A stretch of DNA of 32,000 nucleotides from Pseudodesulfovibrio mercurii. GTDB lineage: Bacteria; Desulfobacterota; Desulfovibrionia; Desulfovibrionales; Desulfovibrionaceae. The notes under the pieces were generated by a model. The model did not search any database and was not told the DNA's origin. It saw only the letters and a list, made by a program, of their open reading frames with translations. Of this stretch, positions 22,276 through 30,250 are shown piece by piece. Numbering within the stretch: the first letter of the stretch is position 1; every line of letters begins with the position of its first letter. The stretch spans positions 2,640,001 to 2,672,000 of the forward strand of contig NC_016803.1 of NCBI RefSeq assembly GCF_000189295.2, in the 5' to 3' direction. The position numbers were made by a program, and so were the translations under genes.

Positions 22276-23385
22276 TCAGCGGCGGATCGGCCAGAATTCG
22301 AAATACTCCGTCATGGCGACAATGACCGGGAAGGTGATGGACAGCAACGCATTGGCCAGCCAGAGTTCCAGGTCGTAGGTGGGCGAGCCCGACGGGAGGG
22401 GAACCCCCGCGAGGAACGGAGCCACCGCCGCATAGACGTAATACATGACAAAGGCATAGACCGCCGACAACAAGGCGAGTGACAGGCCGCGCCGGGGCTG
22501 CCCCATTGAGGCGAACAGGCGGTGCTGCATCAGGCTGTCGGCCAGGAACACTCCGAAGATGAAACAGACGGGAATCTTGACCAGATAGACCACGGTGTCC
22601 ATTCCGAATCCCTTGACGAACAGGTTCCAGCAGGCCAGGCCCAGGCACAGGACGATCAGGGTGGCGACGATCTTGACCACGCCCTCGCTCCGCTTGCCGA
22701 TGAGCTTGGTGACCAGGGTCATCTCCGACAGGGCCAGGACGAGAATCGCGCAGCTTAAGGTCACGAAGAACGAGATGGCGGACCAGGCGTTCACAAGCCC
22801 CTTGGGGTCAAGCGTCTCCACATACACGGGCGCACCGGCCAGGAAGGAGAAATCGAACAGCCACCGGAACAGCGCATAGGCGATGACGTAACAGGCCACC
22901 AGGGTGCCTGCCCCCAGCAACAACGGATTTTTCAGGAACAGCTTCAGCGGCCACCCCTGCATGAGCGGCACCATCCAGAAGGTCACAACAATGCTCAGGA
23001 TGGAATACTGAATGAGCATCGGCGTAGGCGGTCCTACGCTCTTGCCGACCAGGACAAAGGTGGAATAGGCGACAATGGCCGTCCCCACGACGGTGATCAG
23101 CGTCAGCACCAGTCCCTTGGTCGGCTGCGGCAGCGAAACAATGAACGGGGGATAGCTGCAGCGCCACAGCATGGCCACCACTAACTGGACAGGTACGGCG
23201 CACATGAAGACAAATGATCCCCATGTGGAAAGAAATTCATTGCCGAATACATACAGTATCCCAAACGCAATGCACAATATAATGGCAAAGTCTGCAATAC
23301 CCTGCGTAAACAGTTTTAGCGTAACATTATCTGAAATAGCTTGTTCCGCAACAACAACTCCCTGTACTTCCTGTGAATCGGACAC
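22276..23385 (-). CDS. Polytopic integral membrane protein (about 10 TM), family not recognised; putative transporter
   Basis: 369 aa. The GTG start at 23385 has GAGAGAGGG upstream. Hydrophobic segments throughout. The 5' about 200 nt is clearly AT-richer than the rest. Confidence 0.7.
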   Translation of the reverse strand: MSDSQEVQGVVVAEQAISDNVTLKLFTQGIADFAIILCIAFGILYVFGNEFLSTWGSFVFMCAVPVQLVVAMLWRCSYPPFIVSLPQPTKGLVLTLITVVGTAIVAYSTFVLVGKSVGPPTPMLIQYSILSIVVTFWMVPLMQGWPLKLFLKNPLLLGAGTLVACYVIAYALFRWLFDFSFLAGAPVYVETLDPKGLVNAWSAISFFVTLSCAILVLALSEMTLVTKLIGKRSEGVVKIVATLIVLCLGLACWNLFVKGFGMDTVVYLVKIPVCFIFGVFLADSLMQHRLFASMGQPRRGLSLALLSAVYAFVMYYVYAAVAPFLAGVPLPSGSPTYDLELWLANALLSITFPVIVAMTEYFEFWPIRR

Positions 23386-23408
23386 GACTTACCCTCTCTC
23401 ATGTATAC

Positions 23409-23476
23409 TGTGAATAGACACATTTCCAGATTCACAAGCATAGACCAGAATTGCGCAATAAATGAAAATATCATTT
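23409..23476. promoter_or_regulatory. AT-rich control region with two inverted repeats upstream of the membrane-protein gene
   Basis: TGTGAAT-N14-ATTCACA (23409-23436) and AAATGA-AAATA-TCATTT (23460-23476). Confidence 0.25.
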
Positions 23477-23659
23477 GCAAAATAAATTCATATCAAACGG
23501 ATATACGGGGCTGAGAGAAGGCTGAAATGGGTCCAGTTTGTGGACCCACTGGGCTGCCGCCCCGACGCGAACACTTCGGGGCACCGCCTGCCCGCCACCC
23601 GCCAATCCCTCCGCGAACAATCCCCGTCCTCTTGCGTCCGCACCTTCGCCGCAGGCGAC

Positions 23660-23723
23660 ACAAAAAGTTTGGGAGATGCTTAAGAACCTTTTTGAAAGGT
23701 TCTTAAGCCGTCGGAGGCCCCGG
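23660..23723. repeat. Composite intergenic palindromic repeat unit (copy B); hairpin may terminate the MFS gene
   Basis: ACAAAAAGTT lies at 23660-23669. Perfect 14-bp hairpin GCTTAAGAACCTTT / AAAGGTTCTTAAGC spans 23678-23708, followed by CCGTCGGAGGCCCCGG. On the minus strand the hairpin is followed by AACTTTTTG. Confidence 0.6.
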
Positions 23724-23760
23724 CCCGGCGAGGGCCCACCGGAGGCCTTCCCCGCCCCTG

Positions 23761-24963
23761 TCAGGCGGCGGGGTGACGGTGGTTGCGGGGCAGGGCGAGG
23801 GCGACGATGACGGCGAGGAGGGCGAGTGCGCCGCCCAGGATGAAGGGGGCGCGGGGTCCGATGAGGTCCCAGGCGAGACCGGCGGCGAGGTTCCCGGCCA
23901 GGGAGAGGAGGCCGGTGAGCATGAGGAAGAAGCCCATGGCGGTGCCTCGGCGGTCGGCGGGCAGTCCCGAGGCGATGATGGCCTTGCCCACGCCTTCGGT
24001 GAGGCCCATGTACAGGCCGTAGATGGGGAACAGGGCCCAGATGCCGGCGGGTCCGGACAGGGCGAAGCCGAAGTAGGTCAGGGCGTAGAGGGTCCAGCCG
24101 CCGAGCATGAGGCGCCAGCGGCCGATGCGGTCGCTGAGGATGCCCGCGGGGTAGGCGGAGGCGGCGTAGACGAGGTTGAAGAGCACGTAGGCGCCGATGA
24201 CGTGGGTGTCGCTGAAGCCGAGGTCTCGGGTGCGCAGGAGGAGCAGGGCGTCGGTGCTGTTGGCCAGGGAGAAGAGGGAGAGCAGGAGCAGGGCGCGCCA
24301 GTAGGCCGGGGGCAGTCCGCGCAGGGCCTCGCGCAGGGGGAGGCGGGGGGCGGCGGTTGCGGCCGGGGCGGCGTCGGGTTCCTTGAGCCGGAAGGTGAGC
24401 CAGACCGCGACGATGCCGGGCAGTGCGGCCAGGAGGAAGATGGTCCGGTAGTGGCCGGGCAGCAGGGCGAGGAGGCCCATGGACAGGAGCACGCCGACGA
24501 TGGCCCCGGTGGTGTCCATGGCGCGGTGGAAGCCGTAGGCCCGTCCGGCGATGGCGGCCGGGGCGGCGTCGGCGATCATGGCGTCGCGGGCGGTGGTGCG
24601 CAGTCCCTTGCCCGAGCGGTCGATGATGCGCGCGATGAAGACCATGGGCCAGGAGAAGGCCATGGCGAGCAGGGGCTTGGACAGTGCGCCCAGGCCGTAT
24701 CCGGCGCGGACGAAGGGGGTGCGCCGACCGATGCGGTCGCTGTGCCAGCCCGAGGCCCCCTTCATCAGGCAGACCACGGCCTCGGCGGCCCCTTCCATGG
24801 CCCCGAGCACGGTGGCCGGGGCTCCGAGCACGGCGACCAGGAAGAGGGGGACCACGGGGTAGACCATTTCCGAGGCCACATCGGTGAAGAAGCTGACCCA
24901 GCCCAGGGTGATGATGGCGTGGGGGAGCGAGGTGCGTTTGGTTGGAGCGGGTTCGTGTGACAT
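23761..24963 (-). CDS. MFS transporter
   Basis: 400 aa from the ATG at 24963. About 12 TM. 'SDRIGRR' and 'SDRIGRW' loop motifs. It is the only genuine part of the 1625-aa track ORF. Confidence 0.88.
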   Translation of the reverse strand: MSHEPAPTKRTSLPHAIITLGWVSFFTDVASEMVYPVVPLFLVAVLGAPATVLGAMEGAAEAVVCLMKGASGWHSDRIGRRTPFVRAGYGLGALSKPLLAMAFSWPMVFIARIIDRSGKGLRTTARDAMIADAAPAAIAGRAYGFHRAMDTTGAIVGVLLSMGLLALLPGHYRTIFLLAALPGIVAVWLTFRLKEPDAAPAATAAPRLPLREALRGLPPAYWRALLLLSLFSLANSTDALLLLRTRDLGFSDTHVIGAYVLFNLVYAASAYPAGILSDRIGRWRLMLGGWTLYALTYFGFALSGPAGIWALFPIYGLYMGLTEGVGKAIIASGLPADRRGTAMGFFLMLTGLLSLAGNLAAGLAWDLIGPRAPFILGGALALLAVIVALALPRNHRHPAA

Positions 24964-25046
24964 GACGGTATCTTGATCCCGAACCGGGGAGAGTTCAACA
25001 GGCGGATGCGGGAAATTTCCGGTCCGGGGGTGTCGTTTCCGGGCGG

Positions 25047-25952
25047 CTAGGCCAGGACGTCGCGCAGGGCGTCGGTCAGGTCCGGGAATTCGAAGGCGAA
25101 GCCCGCCTTGGTCAGCCGTTCGGGCAGGGCGATCTGTCCGGAGAGGAGGAGCTCGTCGGCCATGCGGCCGAAGAGCAGGCGCAGGGCGAAGGGCGGGACC
25201 GGGGTCTTGTAGGGGCGTTTGAGCACGGTGCCCAGGACGTGGGCGAACTTGCGGAAGTTGACCGGGTGGGGCGAGCAGAGGTTGTAGGGGCCGTCGGCGT
25301 CGGGGTTTTCCATGAGGAAGCGGATGGCCCGGACCTCGTCCCTGAGGTGGATCCAGGAGACGCCCTGCAGGCCGGTGCCGGGGTAGCCGCCAAGGTAGTA
25401 TTTGAAGGGCGTGAGCATGCGCGAAAGCACGCCGCCGTGGCCGAGGACCAGGCCGGTGCGGATGATGCAGCGGCGGGTGCCCTGTTTTTCGAGGGGCGCG
25501 GTGGACGCCTCCCACCTGCGGGCGACGTCGGCCAGGAAGCCGGTGCCGGACTCGGCGTATTCGTTGATCGGGGTGGCCCCGCACGGGCCGTAGTAGCCCA
25601 CGGCCGAGCCCTGGATGAGCACGCCGGGCGCGACGCCCGCCTGTTCCACGGCCTCGAGGATGCGTTGTCCGGCCTGGACCCGGCTCTCCAGGATGCGTTT
25701 CCGGCGTGCGCGGGTCCAGCGACCGGCCGCGATGTTTTCCCCGGCCAGGTTGACGATGGCGGTGTCCGGGCCGAGCACGTTGGGCCAGTCCCCGTTGTCC
25801 CAGGGCATGCCGATGACGCCCCCGTTTTCGAAGGCGGCGGCGACCTTGGCCGGATGGCGCGACAGGATGAGAATCTCCCAGCCGTGTTCCCGCAGTTCCC
25901 GGACCAGTTCCCGGCCGATGAAGCCGGTTCCCCCGGCGATTACAGCACGCAC
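25047..25952 (-). CDS. TIGR01777/YfcH-type NAD-dependent epimerase-like protein (SDR plus DUF1731)
   Basis: 'VIAGGTGFIGREL' Rossmann motif right after the GTG at 25952. C-terminus 'PVPPFALRLLFG..LLLSGQ..PERL..AGF.F.FPDL..AL' is typical of DUF1731. An ATG at 26018 would add 22 atypical residues. Confidence 0.82.
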   Translation of the reverse strand: MRAVIAGGTGFIGRELVRELREHGWEILILSRHPAKVAAAFENGGVIGMPWDNGDWPNVLGPDTAIVNLAGENIAAGRWTRARRKRILESRVQAGQRILEAVEQAGVAPGVLIQGSAVGYYGPCGATPINEYAESGTGFLADVARRWEASTAPLEKQGTRRCIIRTGLVLGHGGVLSRMLTPFKYYLGGYPGTGLQGVSWIHLRDEVRAIRFLMENPDADGPYNLCSPHPVNFRKFAHVLGTVLKRPYKTPVPPFALRLLFGRMADELLLSGQIALPERLTKAGFAFEFPDLTDALRDVLA

Positions 25953-26047
25953 GTTTCTCTCGCTTTGTCGGTAATGATATTCCGCTGTGAAGACAGGGTA
26001 GCACGTGTCGGCGGGCAATGCCAGACATCAAGACATGTTGGACGGTC

Positions 26048-26078
26048 GAATGCGCCGGAGGCGGCCCGGCGGGGCCGG
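26048..26078. repeat. Variant GAATGC-GCCGGAGGC-GGCCC module
   Basis: GAATGCGCCGGAGGCGGCCCGGCGGGGCCGG lies 4 nt from the kinase stop. Related to 16320-16340 and 29895-29915. Confidence 0.4.
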
Positions 26079-26081
26079 GGA

Positions 26082-28271
26082 TCAGGCGTCGTGCAGCTCG
26101 ATGATGAAGACCGTGCCCTTGGGGTGGTTGGAGGCGGCGCGGACCATGCCGCCGTGGTCGGCGATGATGGACCGGACGATGGTCAGGCCCAGGCCGGTGC
26201 CGCCCTTCTTGTCGGTGTAGTAGGGCTCGAACATGCGCGAGGAGTCCTTGGGCAGGCCCGGCCCGTTGTCGGCCACGGAGATGGTCACGGTGCCCGCGTC
26301 CCTGTCGTGGACGGCGGTGATCCGGACCTCGCCGCCGCGGGTGTCCTTGAGGGCTTCGGCCGCGTTGGTGAAGAGGTTGATGAGCACCTTGCGGATGCCC
26401 TCGCGGTCGAAGGGGAACTCGCCGATGTCCGAGGCGGACAGGTTCCATTTGATCCGGCGGTGGGTGTTGGCGAACATGGCCGTGACCTCCTCCAGGAGCG
26501 GGACGAGCAGGTCGGGCTTGGGCTGGACCTCGGGCAGCTTGGCGTAGGCCGAGAACTCGGTGACCATGTTCTGGAGCCGCTCCACCTGGTTGACGATCAG
26601 GCCGGTGCACTCGTCGAAGGTGCCCTCGCCGATGCGGCCGCCGTACTTGCGCTGCAGCCGCTGGGCGGACAGCTTGATGGGCGTGAGCGGGTTCTTGATC
26701 TCGTGGGCGATGCGCCGGGCCACCTCGCGCCAGGCGGCCAGCCGCTGGATCTTCTCCAGCTCGGTGATGTCCTCGAACACGGCCACGTGGCCCGCGTCCC
26801 GGCCGCCCACGTTCTTGAGGGAGACCACGTTGACCAGGACCTTGATGAGCTTGCCGCGCACGGGCAGGTCGATCTGGCGCTGCCAGACCTCGCCGGGCTT
26901 GGTGGACAGCTGGGCCAGGGCCTCCTTGACCATGTCCGCGAAGTCGCCGGACAGGAAGCGGTAGGGGACCTTGCCGATGAGAAATTCGCCGGGGATGCCG
27001 AGGATGCTCTCGGCCGCGGTGTTGACCGTGCCGATGCGCCCTTCGGAGTCCATGGAGATGACTCCCGAGGTGATGTTGTTGAGCACGGCCTCGATGTACT
27101 GGCCGCGCCGCTCCAGCTCCTGGTTCTGCTGGGCCAGCCGCTCGTTGGCCTGCTGCACGGAGTTCTGGCTCTGCTCCAGGTCCTCGGCCATGCGGTTGAA
27201 GGACTGGACCAGGAAGCCGAGCTCGTCGTCTGATCGGTCCTCCAGACGCACGGACAGGTCGCCGCGCCCGATGCGCTCGGTGCCCGCGGCCAGGGCCTGG
27301 ACCGGGGCGGACAGCTCCTTGGCCAGGCGGAAGCCGAACCAGATGGCCCCCAGGATGATGAGCAGGGCCATGACCCCGAGGGTCAGGTACAGGTTCATCT
27401 TCCACGGGTACTTGCGGGTCTTGAGCTTCTTGTATTCGTCCAGGCCGCGCACGATCTGGTCGAGCCGGTGCAGGAGCCCCTGGCCCACGGTCTCGCCGAG
27501 CACCAGGTAGCCGCTGCGCCCCTCGTCCACCGGGGTCACGCCCAGGACCAGGTCCGAGCCGGGCTTGGGGATGATGGTCGTCCAGGAGCGCGGGTCCGCG
27601 CGCAGGGACTGCCAGTCGATCTTCTCCTTGATCTCGGGCCAGGCCTGGCCCCACTGGGCCGTGGCGTGGGTGTTCTGCTCCTTGCCCTCCGGGGTGATGA
27701 CGCCCACCAGGCTGAGGTCGTACTCGTCGAACTTCTTGTTCAGGTACTTGTCCATGGCCTTGCCGCCCCAGGCGAACTTGGAGTCGATGATCTCCTTGAT
27801 CATGACCGCGCCGCGCCGCTCCAGACGGTCCTGGGCCGAGCCGTAGAAGGCCCGCCCCAGCTCCAGGGCCTGCTCCATGGACTCCTCCACCTGGCCCTTG
27901 AACCAGTAGTCCACCGAGGTCTGCACGAACTTCACGGAGACCAGGTAGATGAGCACCGTGGGGATGAGCGACAGCGAGATGAAGGCCAGGACCAGGCGCG
28001 TGCGCAGCTTGGAGCCGAGCACCCTGCGGCGGCGCTCCAGGACCAGGCGCACCGCGTTGCGGGCCACGTAGAAGAGCATGGCCAGCAGGAAGACCACGTT
28101 CAGGATGAGCAGGTTCAGGATGAGATAGTAATCGCCGCTCAGATATTTCAGCTCGGCCCAGGTCAGGCCGGTGATGAGCACGATGAAGATCAGGGCGATG
28201 ATGTACTCGCGCCGATGCCGTCGCTGGTCCCTGCGGCTTGTGGAACTGATGCGGATCGGATCGGGCGTCAC
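26082..28271 (-). CDS. NtrY-like sensor histidine kinase (TM, HAMP, PAS, HisKA, HATPase)
   Basis: H-box 'IAHEIKNPLTPIKLSAQRL', N-box 'LINLFTNAAEAL', 'DNGPGLP', 'GGTGLGLTIV', and HAMP 'ELSAPVQALAAGTERIGRGDLSVRL'. GTG start 9 nt after the upstream stop. Confidence 0.9.
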   Translation of the reverse strand: MTPDPIRISSTSRRDQRRHRREYIIALIFIVLITGLTWAELKYLSGDYYLILNLLILNVVFLLAMLFYVARNAVRLVLERRRRVLGSKLRTRLVLAFISLSLIPTVLIYLVSVKFVQTSVDYWFKGQVEESMEQALELGRAFYGSAQDRLERRGAVMIKEIIDSKFAWGGKAMDKYLNKKFDEYDLSLVGVITPEGKEQNTHATAQWGQAWPEIKEKIDWQSLRADPRSWTTIIPKPGSDLVLGVTPVDEGRSGYLVLGETVGQGLLHRLDQIVRGLDEYKKLKTRKYPWKMNLYLTLGVMALLIILGAIWFGFRLAKELSAPVQALAAGTERIGRGDLSVRLEDRSDDELGFLVQSFNRMAEDLEQSQNSVQQANERLAQQNQELERRGQYIEAVLNNITSGVISMDSEGRIGTVNTAAESILGIPGEFLIGKVPYRFLSGDFADMVKEALAQLSTKPGEVWQRQIDLPVRGKLIKVLVNVVSLKNVGGRDAGHVAVFEDITELEKIQRLAAWREVARRIAHEIKNPLTPIKLSAQRLQRKYGGRIGEGTFDECTGLIVNQVERLQNMVTEFSAYAKLPEVQPKPDLLVPLLEEVTAMFANTHRRIKWNLSASDIGEFPFDREGIRKVLINLFTNAAEALKDTRGGEVRITAVHDRDAGTVTISVADNGPGLPKDSSRMFEPYYTDKKGGTGLGLTIVRSIIADHGGMVRAASNHPKGTVFIIELHDA

Positions 28272-28280
28272 GACAGCCCC

Positions 28281-28868
28281 CTAGAAGGTGAAATCCAGCT
28301 GGAAGGCGTTGTCGGCCCCGGCGTCCCAGGACCAGAAATAGAAGAAGCGCATGACCCCCTCGGGCGCGCCTTCCTCGTTCATGGAGGTGTGCAGGCGCAG
28401 GGAGTACTTTCTGCCCTTGTCGAGCAGGGCCCACGAGCCCAGCGTGGCCTCGATGGTCCCCCAGCCCTCGTCCAGGACCTTGCTTAAGTCCGCGTCGCGC
28501 AGGGGATTCTCCCGGCCCGGCAGGGTCATGACGAACTCCCTGGTCAGCGGGTCGAAGCTCAGGCGGCTCTGGAAACGGACCTCGGTGATCTCGCGGTCCA
28601 GCCAGTAGTCGCGCGGCTCCAGCAGGCTGACCTCGCACTTGAGCACGAGCACGGCCCCGTCCTCCAGCTCGCCCTTCAGGATGGGCTTTTCCTCCACCGC
28701 GACGCCGAACAGCGCGGTCAGCCGCCCGTGCACGTTGGCCAGGGTCGGGGCCATCAGACTCAGGCTCTGCCCCAGGGCTGTTTCCGCCACCAGGAGCACC
28801 GCCAGGAGCACGGCCGGAATGAGGACGGCCGGATGCGTGCCGGCCCGCTTGTCGTCAGGGATGTGCAT
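28281..28868 (-). CDS. DUF4390-like secreted/anchored protein preceding the kinase
   Basis: 195 aa from the ATG at 28868. One N-terminal hydrophobic segment. The family name comes from memory of DUF4390 genes preceding NtrY-type kinases. The remainder of the 536-aa track ORF is junk. Confidence 0.55.
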   Translation of the reverse strand: MHIPDDKRAGTHPAVLIPAVLLAVLLVAETALGQSLSLMAPTLANVHGRLTALFGVAVEEKPILKGELEDGAVLVLKCEVSLLEPRDYWLDREITEVRFQSRLSFDPLTREFVMTLPGRENPLRDADLSKVLDEGWGTIEATLGSWALLDKGRKYSLRLHTSMNEEGAPEGVMRFFYFWSWDAGADNAFQLDFTF

Positions 28869-28982
28869 TGTTCTTGAGGATGTATCAGCACCCGTTTTAA
28901 AGGACAAGTGCGGACCCTTGTCTTTTCCCTGCCCGCCGGGGTATGGCTGGGCACAGGAGTCCACCTCAACAGGAGTTCCCCC

Positions 28983-29867
28983 GTGCAGAAAGAACTGCTC
29001 CTCGCCATCGGCGACGACCGCGCCGCCTCCTACAACCTCCGGTTCCTCAAGGACGTCTTCGACTCGTTCTGCGACCTCAAGCTGACCCTGTTCTACGCCG
29101 CCCCGCGCTCCGCCCTGTGGGACCGCCAGGACGCCGGACTGCCGCCCTCGGAAGACGCCGTCAGCGAGTTTGTGGCCCACAAGAAGGGCAAGGGCCGCAA
29201 GGCCCTGGACGACGCCAAGCGCTGGATCACCGACATCGCCGGGTGCGACGGCGGCAACATCTGCACCAAGGTCGTCCAATCCCGCCTGGGCACCGCCCGG
29301 GAACTCATCTGCGAGGCGCGCGAAGGCCTCTACGACGCCCTCATCCTCGGCCGCAAGGGGTTCACCTGGTTCGAGGAGATCTTCGAAAACTCCGTGTGCC
29401 ACGAACTCCTGTGGCAGGACATCGACTTCCCCATCTGGGTCTGCAAACGCCCCTCGCGCACCCCGCGCCAGAACGTGCTCCTGTGCCTCGACGGCTCGGA
29501 ACCGTCCCTGCGCATGGCCGACCACGTCGGCTACATGCTCGCCGACGAACCGCGCCACTCCTTCATTCTCTTCCACGTGGCCCAGAAAGGGTATGCCGCC
29601 TCCTCCTCGGACCGCATCTTCGGCGAGGCCCTGGCCATCCTCGCCGAACACGGCGTGCCCGACGAACGCATCGAGATCAAGATGGTCACCGGCCGCAACG
29701 CCTTCAAGGCCATCCTCAAGGAGGCCCGCGCCGGGCACTACGCCGCCGTGGCCGTGGGCCGGCGCGGAGAAGGCGCCCAGACCCGAAAGGAAAACCTCTT
29801 CCCCAGCACCGTCTGCGTCAACCTCCTGCGCCAGCTCCAGGAGACCGCCCTGTGGATCAGCAAATAA
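28983..29867 (+). CDS. Tandem universal stress protein (two UspA domains)
   Basis: GTG at 28983 with AGGAG 7 nt upstream. 'LLLAIGDD', 'ALILGRKG', 'VLLCLDGSE' and 'AVAVGRRG' give the two Usp signatures. Confidence 0.82.
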   Translation: MQKELLLAIGDDRAASYNLRFLKDVFDSFCDLKLTLFYAAPRSALWDRQDAGLPPSEDAVSEFVAHKKGKGRKALDDAKRWITDIAGCDGGNICTKVVQSRLGTARELICEAREGLYDALILGRKGFTWFEEIFENSVCHELLWQDIDFPIWVCKRPSRTPRQNVLLCLDGSEPSLRMADHVGYMLADEPRHSFILFHVAQKGYAASSSDRIFGEALAILAEHGVPDERIEIKMVTGRNAFKAILKEARAGHYAAVAVGRRGEGAQTRKENLFPSTVCVNLLRQLQETALWISK

Positions 29868-29894
29868 GGTAGGCGGAGCGGGAAGACGCATGGT

Positions 29895-30236
29895 GAATGC
29901 CTCCGGCGGGCCCTCGCCGGGCGGCGTCTCCGAGCCCCCAGCCGTTGGCGAGTCTTCGAGTCCTACGGATGAGGACAGCGGCGATCGGGCAGGGCGCTGT
30001 CCTGCACCCGCTCAAGGCCGAGGGCCTTGAGAATCCCATCGCCTCGCTGCGCTCGGGGTGCGTGCGGCGGCGGAAGGCTGGCTCGGGACGCCTTCCGCCG
30101 TGCCGGTGTGCGATTTCTTTTTAGAAAGGCAATAACACCCCAGGATGTGGGACTTTTCCCACCATCCCGAAGTGTTCGCGCCGGACGGCCCTCAGAAGCG
30201 CCCTGTTCCCTTCCCCGGCCTTGTCGCCGGGGAAGG
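29895..30236. repeat. Cluster of GC-rich stem-loops and repeat modules in a 383-bp convergent intergenic region
   Basis: GAATGCCTCCGGCGGGCCCTC at 29895-29915. Hairpins at 30011-30031 (9 bp), 30069-30099 (10 bp) and 30209-30236 (11 bp). CCCGAAGTGTTCGCG (30166-30180) is the exact reverse complement of 23566-23580. Confidence 0.6.
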
Positions 30237-30250
30237 TCTCCAGGCACCGC

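Noticed and set aside
23409-23436. A CRP/FNR-like TGTGA...TCACA site
   Set aside because: The half-sites are 18 nt apart rather than the N6 of CRP/FNR boxes. I kept it only as a generic inverted repeat.
23538-23810. A 90-aa ORF in the 23386-23760 intergenic region, and the 94/75-aa ORFs at 29897-30254
   Set aside because: They are translations of GC-rich repeat and hairpin DNA (P/R/G/A-rich) with no ribosome-binding sites.
25239-27233. A 664-aa plus-strand ORF antisense to the kinase and the epimerase-like gene
   Set aside because: Shadow ORF with G/A/D/V/H-rich low complexity. It spans an intergenic gap.
23761-28638. A 1625-aa uninterrupted minus-strand ORF
   Set aside because: Only its last 400 codons (the MFS transporter) read as protein. 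The rest is R/P/G/A-rich and out of frame with four genes that carry clear motifs (DUF4390-like, NtrY-like kinase, TIGR01777). Absence of stop codons is a GC-content artefact.
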